Virus record (IMG/VR): IMGVR_UViG_3300046739_000063
Coordinates: 1-42,256 of that record
DNA: 42,256 bases
Source: a virus
Taxonomy: Duplodnaviria; Caudoviricetes
Reading direction: 5' to 3' (one strand)
Notes under the pieces: model-generated
Told to the model about the DNA's origin: nothing
Seen by the model: only the letters and a program-made list of their open reading frames with translations
Database searches by the model: none
Made by a program: the position numbers and the translations under genes
In this document: piece by piece, positions 36,627-42,256 of the stretch
Numbering within the stretch: position 1 is the first letter of the stretch
Layout: every line of letters begins with the position of its first letter

Positions 36627-37087
36627 GAATTATACTCGCCATACTGCTCTGCGCCTCAACCGTTCTGGCTGCCGATAATGTCACGCTCAAACAGGTGCCG
36701 ACCAAGCCGTTGCCTCCCAGGTTTTCCTGCTGCACAAATATCATTATCTCGGGCCTGCTCAATCCTCCGGTGCAATACGTGTTCGCGTATCCAGCCAACT
36801 GTCAGTATTACACGAATGGAGTCAACTGGCGGGTGGCGCCGTGTTCCCTATCTGCTGCCTGCACGAATCTCAGCGCAAACTCGATCACTGTCAGCAACGG
36901 CCCGGTCGGTGGAATCGTTGGAATCGTAACGATTCAGTGCATCACCGGGGCCATCTACCCGACGAACTTGGTCTTGAATGCGGGCTGCACCGGGGCGACA
37001 TTCTATTGGGGTTTCGGCTGCCTCTCAGGCTGCTCGAATTGCGCCCCGTTTGTGTGCCGAATAAACGACATATCAGCAGGAAACTAA
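36623..37087 (+). CDS. Secreted Cys-rich protein
   Basis: Signal peptide ending VLA; 11 Cys in the mature part. Confidence 0.75.
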   Translation: MRIILAILLCASTVLAADNVTLKQVPTKPLPPRFSCCTNIIISGLLNPPVQYVFAYPANCQYYTNGVNWRVAPCSLSAACTNLSANSITVSNGPVGGIVGIVTIQCITGAIYPTNLVLNAGCTGATFYWGFGCLSGCSNCAPFVCRINDISAGN

Positions 37088-37091
37088 AATC

Positions 37092-37343
37092 ATGTCCGAA
37101 GAAAAGAAGCCTAGTTTTACGTTCAGCCGGACGATCTCGCTGGATGGCGTCTCAATCATCGTCGCGTGCGTCCTTTCCTCGCTATGGTTCGGCTCGGTGA
37201 AAGAGCAGTTGCGCGAGCATTCAGAGCACATCGCCAGGCAGGATCAAACCTTGCTCACGATGAGCCAGACCGTGCAGTTGCTCTCCGAGAACGTCAAGGT
37301 GCTGACAACCCTCGTCAATGAGCGGACCCTGCATAAGCCTTGA
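37092..37343 (+). CDS. Single-TM plus coiled-coil protein (holin/antiholin-like)
   Basis: One TM then heptad repeats; lysis-module position. Confidence 0.6.
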   Translation: MSEEKKPSFTFSRTISLDGVSIIVACVLSSLWFGSVKEQLREHSEHIARQDQTLLTMSQTVQLLSENVKVLTTLVNERTLHKP

Positions 37344-37454
37344 ACACTAGCGCCTCATGGCCTCGGCCTCATCGCCCCTGTGGGGGGATATGCAGCGAAC
37401 CGCGGCCCGTGGCCTAATGCCACAAGTGAGGCGTGATTTGAAACCAAAAACATT

Positions 37455-37607
37455 ATGAGCACAATCGCACTTGCACTATTCTTCATCCTGTTCGCCGTAT
37501 CGAACCTGCTCGAAACCAAACTACCGGGCTGGACCCTTGGCGTGGCGGCTATTGGCGTGGTTGTATGCCTCATCATCGGCGGTGGGTGGCGCAAAAAAAC
37601 ACCGTGA
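37455..37607 (+). CDS. 50-aa two-TM protein MSTIALALFF...GWRKKTP
   Basis: Two hydrophobic helices and a basic tail; GTGA-coupled to the next gene. Confidence 0.65.
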   Translation: MSTIALALFFILFAVSNLLETKLPGWTLGVAAIGVVVCLIIGGGWRKKTP

Positions 37608-37816
37608 AAGAGTTCCTCAAACACATAGAACCCCGCATCCTGTTCGGGTTCCTGATTCTCGTCGTGCTTGCCGGATTGGCTATCATGATCGCGTTCGGCA
37701 CCGTGAAGCAGGAGTCCAGCTACGGCCTTGAGATCGTGCTTGGGAGTCTGAGCACGCTGGCCGGGGCATTTGCTCAATGGGCGTTCAGCACGCCGAAGGA
37801 CAAGCCGAATGCTTAA
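37604..37816 (+). CDS. Two-TM holin-like protein (70 aa)
   Basis: GTG start at 37604; two TMs; charged tail. Confidence 0.65.
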   Translation: MKEFLKHIEPRILFGFLILVVLAGLAIMIAFGTVKQESSYGLEIVLGSLSTLAGAFAQWAFSTPKDKPNA

Positions 37817-38141
37817 ATTCGTTTCAGGCTACCTGGCAACAGTCCCGTCCGCTTTTCTGGAAGGGCTGCTCTATGTCCTGATTGCACTATTCGGATTCTG
37901 GCAAACCTTGTTCGGCTCGGATGAGGCGGCGAAGTTCTTTAGCCCGACACTGCTCTGGTGGGTCAAGGCGTTCGTCGGCAGTGGTTCCGCTGTATTTATC
38001 GCTATCAAGATGTTTCGATCCACCAGCTTTGCGGATCATCAGAAACAAAAGACCGGGGACAGCCAAATCTGGAAGAAAGAACCCTTGACGCCATCGGCCA
38101 ATCCGGCTAAACCAGAAACAAGCGAAACCAAAACACCATGA
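37809..38141 (+). CDS. Two-TM holin-like protein (110 aa)
   Basis: Two hydrophobic segments, hydrophilic C-tail. Confidence 0.65.
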   Translation: MLKFVSGYLATVPSAFLEGLLYVLIALFGFWQTLFGSDEAAKFFSPTLLWWVKAFVGSGSAVFIAIKMFRSTSFADHQKQKTGDSQIWKKEPLTPSANPAKPETSETKTP

Positions 38142-38476
38142 AAAGATACCTCTCAGTAGTCCTCCTCGGCCTCGCGCTAGTCGGCTGCAAGACAACTGGC
38201 GGCTGGCAAACCGTCTCGGGCAAGTTTCTGTCCACAACCGCCGTTGCCGTGGACAGTTCCATGCAGGCATACGCCACCTGGGCCGTGATGAACCATCTCG
38301 GCACAAACGATCTGGCCAAGGTCCGCACGGTCTATGCGGATTACCAGATTACGATGATGGTAGCTACCAACGCCTATGTCCTGGCGGTTAAAGCTGGGGA
38401 TCTATCTCTTTTCACCGGGCCGAGCAACAATCTGTTTAACGCAAAGTCAGCCGTCACGTCTGTAACCGCACACTAA
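38138..38476 (+). CDS. Lipoprotein
   Basis: MKRYLSVVLLGLALVG-C lipobox. Confidence 0.8.
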   Translation: MKRYLSVVLLGLALVGCKTTGGWQTVSGKFLSTTAVAVDSSMQAYATWAVMNHLGTNDLAKVRTVYADYQITMMVATNAYVLAVKAGDLSLFTGPSNNLFNAKSAVTSVTAH

Positions 38477-38478
38477 TT

Positions 38479-38670
38479 ATGAGCGCCGCCGTCATTGCCC
38501 AACTCCTCATCGCTTTCGGACCTCCCGCGATTCAAATGATCCAGCAGCTTGTCGCGCTCTGGAACAAACCCGCGTTGACGCCTGATGAAGTCATGGCGTT
38601 TTGCGCCTCGTCACAAAAGAGCTTCGACGATTACATGAAGCAGGCGCAGTCCAAAATTGGAACTCCGTGA
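38479..38670 (+). CDS. Small amphipathic protein (63 aa)
   Basis: Directly follows the lipoprotein gene. Confidence 0.7.
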   Translation: MSAAVIAQLLIAFGPPAIQMIQQLVALWNKPALTPDEVMAFCASSQKSFDDYMKQAQSKIGTP

Positions 38671-38812
38671 GCACTGAACATGACTTTTTGAGCACATCGG
38701 CCAAGTCAGAATTCGCTTGGCCAATCCGTTCAATGACCATGAAATCCCGCGTTAGTGGCCAGCCTTCAGGTTGCAAGCCTGACTCAGATGGTGCGGAAAT
38801 GGTGTGTGCTCA

Positions 38813-38989
38813 ATGACAACGGAAGCCTTGCTTGCGTTGCAACTCCTGACCCGCCAAATGGAGTCGTTGCAGGTCCGTCTCAACGACGCGATTGTTAAGG
38901 GCCAGTTCGACGCGGCCATTGAATACGCCAACCAGATCACGGCTGATGCGAGGATGATCGTGGAGAAGATTAGCGAGGGGATGAAGTGA
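38813..38989 (+). CDS. Hypothetical helical protein (58 aa)
   Basis: Coupled starts and stops. Confidence 0.6.
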   Translation: MTTEALLALQLLTRQMESLQVRLNDAIVKGQFDAAIEYANQITADARMIVEKISEGMK

Positions 38990-39282
38990 GCGTTGAGATC
39001 AGAGCACAGATCATTTGCGACGGTTGTGGGGCTAAGATCGAAGGGCCAGTCCAACGCAGGACAAGCAAGGGTGACAAGAGCTATTGGGCCTGCAAATTGA
39101 TGATAAAACGAGAGGGCTGGATCACCCTCGGACGATATGGAAGCTCTCGGCACTATTGCAAACTCTGTTCTGACAGTGGAACAATCACCAGCGCACCGTT
39201 GACCTTGAAAGACGATAGTGTGAAGGAGTATTTCAAGGCCAAGTATGGCGACAAGGTTCAATTCCTTGGATTTGTGAAATGA
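38986..39282 (+). CDS. Zn-finger protein
   Basis: CDGC...GW...HYCKLC. Confidence 0.7.
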   Translation: MSVEIRAQIICDGCGAKIEGPVQRRTSKGDKSYWACKLMIKREGWITLGRYGSSRHYCKLCSDSGTITSAPLTLKDDSVKEYFKAKYGDKVQFLGFVK

Positions 39283-39497
39283 ACCCGGCTGACTACCAAT
39301 CCATCTCCGAATCCCTGACCGCCCTTGAACTGACCGTGACGCACGCTCGCCATGCCCATGTCGCGTGCAGGTTCGATCTGGAACTGTCGCAGCTCAAACA
39401 GGCGTGGAGCCAGGCAGCGGACCTGCACCGCAACATTACTCAGGCCATGCTTGCGCCGGTCACGCACGGCTCTCAACCGAGGCCGGATACGCTGTGA
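39279..39497 (+). CDS. Hypothetical protein (72 aa)
   Basis: ATGA/GTGA coupling on both sides. Confidence 0.6.
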   Translation: MNPADYQSISESLTALELTVTHARHAHVACRFDLELSQLKQAWSQAADLHRNITQAMLAPVTHGSQPRPDTL

Positions 39498-40300
39498 AGC
39501 AGCTTGTCAATTACTCTGGCGGGTTGTGCTCGTTCTGGGCGGGGAAAAGGATGGTGGACGAACACGGTCCAGAGAATGTGGTGTTAATATTTGCTGATAC
39601 GCTGATTGAGAGCAAAGGCTTGTATGTGCGGAACGAGGAAGTCAGCAAATATCTCGGCATCCCAATCATCCGCATATCCAAAGAGCTGACACCTTGGCAA
39701 CTGTTCCGGCGTGAGGGGTTGATTGGAAATGATCATTTCCCGATCTGTTCAACGAAGCTAAAGAGGGAACCGCTCAACGAATGGATGGAGTCTCATTATG
39801 AGATGGACGAGAATCAGCACAATTATCTTTACGAACCAGCAACCGTAATCCTCGGGTTTGATTATTCCGAGTATCATCGGGTCGTGGACTTCCATAACCA
39901 GCATCCTAACTGGAGAGTCAGGGCACCAATGACAGAGGGGCCGCTGTGGGACAAGTGCAAGATGGAATCCGAGGCTCGTAAATTGGGATTCACAATCTCC
40001 GAGGCTTACGAGCAAGGATACCCGCACGACAACTGCGGCAAGCGATGCGTGAAAGCTGGCATCTCACATTGGGTCCATCTGCACAACACTGACCTGCCTG
40101 CTTTCATGGAATGGGAGAACGAGGAGGTTGCCACGCAAAAAGATTTCAGGCTGCGTGGAATTAGCAACTGGCAATTCACGATTCTCAAAGACCGTCGTGG
40201 AGGCGAGACCAAACCATTATTGTTGCGTGATCTTCGGATCAGAATAGAATCTGGCGAACAGTTCCCGAAGTATGCCTGGGGCGGCTGCGGCTGCCACTAA
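39494..40300 (+). CDS. PAPS-reductase-like adenine nucleotide alpha-hydrolase (268 aa)
   Basis: PP-loop-like NYSGGLCS, IFADT, CSTKLKREP, HDNCGKRCVKAG, C-terminal GGCGC; GTG start at 39494. Confidence 0.8.
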   Translation: MKQLVNYSGGLCSFWAGKRMVDEHGPENVVLIFADTLIESKGLYVRNEEVSKYLGIPIIRISKELTPWQLFRREGLIGNDHFPICSTKLKREPLNEWMESHYEMDENQHNYLYEPATVILGFDYSEYHRVVDFHNQHPNWRVRAPMTEGPLWDKCKMESEARKLGFTISEAYEQGYPHDNCGKRCVKAGISHWVHLHNTDLPAFMEWENEEVATQKDFRLRGISNWQFTILKDRRGGETKPLLLRDLRIRIESGEQFPKYAWGGCGCH

Positions 40301-40326
40301 CGCTGTAAACTCAAACAAACAAAACT

Positions 40327-40572
40327 ATGGCAAAACCTATTGTAACCGTTCCCGCTCAAGTTGAGTGGGTCAACTACGCCGCTGGCGAGATTCAGCAGCG
40401 GTTCTTTTGGACCTCTCCAAGTGGAGGGAGTTATCTGTTGGAAACCAGCACCGATCTCGTTACTTGGACGCAGGCTGGCACTTGGAACCCCGGCTCGGCT
40501 GGGGCTGGTTATTCCATCAATGTGAATGAGGGCGATCCCATCCTGGCATATCGCATGACCAAGACGGGGTGA
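40327..40572 (+). CDS. Stand-alone domain resembling the C-terminus of Verrucomicrobiota exported proteins
   Basis: WTS...YLLETSTDLVTW...AYR. Confidence 0.65.
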   Translation: MAKPIVTVPAQVEWVNYAAGEIQQRFFWTSPSGGSYLLETSTDLVTWTQAGTWNPGSAGAGYSINVNEGDPILAYRMTKTG

Positions 40573-40730
40573 AGGCCTGCGACAAAGCCAGTCTCCTCAC
40601 ATCCATAGCAGCGGCGTCATACTGTTACCGCTCCAGCCGTCGCAAACACGACTGGAGCCTTTATTCATGGGCCAAAAGACGATTATGCGAATTGCGAAAA
40701 CAGTTGCGGGACTTGGAGCGTTGCTCCTGA
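40569..40730 (+). CDS. Possible 53-aa basic ORF
   Basis: GTGA-coupled open frame; weak support. Confidence 0.3.
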   Translation: MKACDKASLLTSIAAASYCYRSSRRKHDWSLYSWAKRRLCELRKQLRDLERCS

Positions 40731-41161
40731 CAGCGTGGCAGGTCCATGGCCAGGCAGCGGCCGCGGTTATCACTGGCTTTGCCTACTCGCCCACGACAGG
40801 CATTTACACCAACGAGACGGGGACGCATGAGGTTCCCGGGCCTGCGATAGTATGGACGAATGGTGTTGTTCCAGGGGCTTACTTCAGAACAAATCTTGCG
40901 GCACTCACTCCTCCACCGCCGCCCGAATCAGCCCCGACCAGCCTCAAGGTCTGGCGTGTCAAATGCCCTTACTGCTCCACAGCATTCAACACAGGCGCCG
41001 TGTTTGACCGGGTGAGTGGTGGAACATCCAACCCAGACGGCAGCACGACTGAGCATCACTCCATGAGATGCAACTGCTCCAATCTGGATTGCGCCAAGCA
41101 GATCAACTGGATGAGGGATGTGATCGTTCCAAAGGTCGTTGCGGTGCCGATCAACCCCTGA
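40685..41161 (+). CDS. Signal-peptide protein with C-terminal Zn-ribbon-like cysteines
   Basis: MRIAK plus hydrophobic stretch plus VHG-Q; CPYC...CNCSNLDC; start may be 40667. Confidence 0.65.
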   Translation: MRIAKTVAGLGALLLTAWQVHGQAAAAVITGFAYSPTTGIYTNETGTHEVPGPAIVWTNGVVPGAYFRTNLAALTPPPPPESAPTSLKVWRVKCPYCSTAFNTGAVFDRVSGGTSNPDGSTTEHHSMRCNCSNLDCAKQINWMRDVIVPKVVAVPINP

Positions 41162-41777
41162 CCCTGCAAACCCACATTCCGCGCAGGCAATGCGGGATCT
41201 GCCAGTTCTCAAGGATCAGTTCATGTTTCCAGCCCAGCTCGTCCAAGGTGCCTTCAAGTGATGCCTTGGACGGATGATCCACGACCTCGACCATGCCTGA
41301 GCAGTTGGTGTTGAGCCGGCCAGTTTCGATTGACATACCCGGCTTCTCCCAGAGCATAGAATCGAGGATGACCGTCTCGGCGTTGGACTGGTTCACGATC
41401 CGTTCAAGGTGCGCCCAGCCGTTGTGCAGGTGATAGATCAGGCCAAGGCAGGAGACGACTTCGTGGGGGCCATCCGGTGTGAACTCGCGAATGTCTGCCG
41501 TTATCCAAGAGATTCGTTGTCCTTCTGGCAATTTGCTCAATTCCCAGATGGCAAAATCATAGAAACACTCCCTCGGCTCAACCGCCGTAACATGGGCCGC
41601 TCCATACGCTGAATAGACCAGTGGAAAGTGCCCCGCGTTACTGCCCAAGTCCAGAACCCGTTTACCAGCGAACAGGCTGGACACTTTCATCAACGCCTCG
41701 GTCATTGGCCCAAGCCGATTGTTCTCGTCCTGGCCGATGCCTTTGAAACAGATCAGGGATTGTTTGGGTGGGGTCAT
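41151..41777 (-). CDS. Class I SAM-dependent methyltransferase
   Basis: GKRVLDLGSNAG, VTAVE, VVSCLGLIYHL. Confidence 0.85.
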   Translation of the reverse strand: MTPPKQSLICFKGIGQDENNRLGPMTEALMKVSSLFAGKRVLDLGSNAGHFPLVYSAYGAAHVTAVEPRECFYDFAIWELSKLPEGQRISWITADIREFTPDGPHEVVSCLGLIYHLHNGWAHLERIVNQSNAETVILDSMLWEKPGMSIETGRLNTNCSGMVEVVDHPSKASLEGTLDELGWKHELILENWQIPHCLRGMWVCRVRG

Positions 41778-41929
41778 TCCCTCTCCTTCAATTTATTTTC
41801 GAGTTCGTCAAAGCGGCGGTCAATGCGTGAGTTTATGGACCAGTATAAAATGACAAACGCAATCAGTGTGATGGCTTCCGAGATGTCAACTTCCCGACCG
41901 ACACTGTTAATGAGTTCGTATTCACTCAT
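41774..41929 (-). CDS. 51-aa single-TM protein MSEYELIN...
   Basis: ATGA-coupled at both ends; one TM plus charged tail. Confidence 0.6.
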   Translation of the reverse strand: MSEYELINSVGREVDISEAITLIAFVILYWSINSRIDRRFDELENKLKERE

Positions 41930-42256
41930 AATGTTGTGTGAATTAGCACAATCACGCCTTGGCTGGCGCTGGTTTTGATCTGTTCATACTGCCACTCAAT
42001 CCTTGGGTCTGCGTCGTCAACGCCGAGGTGTCGTGCGATGGCGTCTCTGGCTGGCTTGAGGCTAAAGACGTTGTTATCCGAGTCAAGAAGGCGTCGTCGC
42101 ATGGCGATAAAGATGACTCGAACGCTTTGGCTGCGGCTTTGGCGTCTCGGTGCCGGGCGGTCCAGTGCTTGCGATAAAGCTGGTTGGGCGCGGGGGGCAC
42201 CCAATCCAGCCACAGGACGATAGTTGTACTCATTTTGGTTTGTGTCCTGAATCAGC
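41926..42256 (-). CDS. RusA-like Holliday-junction resolvase, catalytic frame (starts at 168 across the junction)
   Basis: RRRLLDSDN...KPARDAI...GVDD acidic triad pattern of RusA-like nucleases. Confidence 0.75.
   Translation of the reverse strand, partial: LIQDTNQNEYNYRPVAGLGAPRAQPALSQALDRPAPRRQSRSQSVRVIFIAMRRRLLDSDNNVFSLKPARDAIARHLGVDDADPRIEWQYEQIKTSASQGVIVLIHTTL
41952..42233 (-). CDS. Nested out-of-frame ORF with RusA-type N-terminus
   Basis: IVLWLDWVPPAPNQLYRKHW resembles the PPSxN..HW start of RusA-like proteins. Confidence 0.5.
   Translation of the reverse strand: MSTTIVLWLDWVPPAPNQLYRKHWTARHRDAKAAAKAFESSLSPCDDAFLTRITTSLASSQPETPSHDTSALTTQTQGLSGSMNRSKPAPAKA
42130..42256. repeat. Terminal direct repeat, copy 2
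   Basis: Identical to 1-127. Confidence 0.97.

Noticed and set aside
40630-40665. Hairpin GCTCCAG...CTGGAGC as a terminator
   Set aside because: Weak U-tract and overlaps a plausible coupled ORF; insufficient support.

Overview
A complete, circularly assembled tailed-phage genome of about 42,129 bp; bases 1-127 repeat exactly at 42130-42256. It has two divergent arms. The minus-strand early arm (9305 to 1, continuing 42129 to 41151) carries many small genes, a lambda O/P-like initiator plus DnaC-type loader, an SSB-like protein, an XRE HTH, a radical-SAM gene coupled to a GNAT/amino-methyltransferase fusion, a RusA-like nuclease and a class I methyltransferase. The plus-strand late arm (9402-41161) carries tape-measure-like and hub-like genes placed before the terminase, a Mu-like (DUF935) portal, a protease-scaffold-capsid fusion, Mu gp36/F/G-like genes, a tail tube, fibres/spikes, a cluster of small membrane proteins and a PAPS-reductase-like gene. 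I recognise no integrase, CI/S24 repressor, transposase or endolysin. Sequence style suggests a Verrucomicrobiota host (inference). Standout features: (1) tail-fibre/spike-like and post-capsid proteins with Sec-type signal peptides and strong Thr-Asn enrichment; (2) a radical SAM + GNAT-MTase candidate DNA-modification cassette; (3) a 160-nt tRNA-like, CCA-ending intergenic RNA plus two leader RNAs of matching crossed-stem topology; (4) a RusA-like gene whose canonical N-terminus lies in an overlapping frame. All family assignments come from motif recognition by eye, not database searches.
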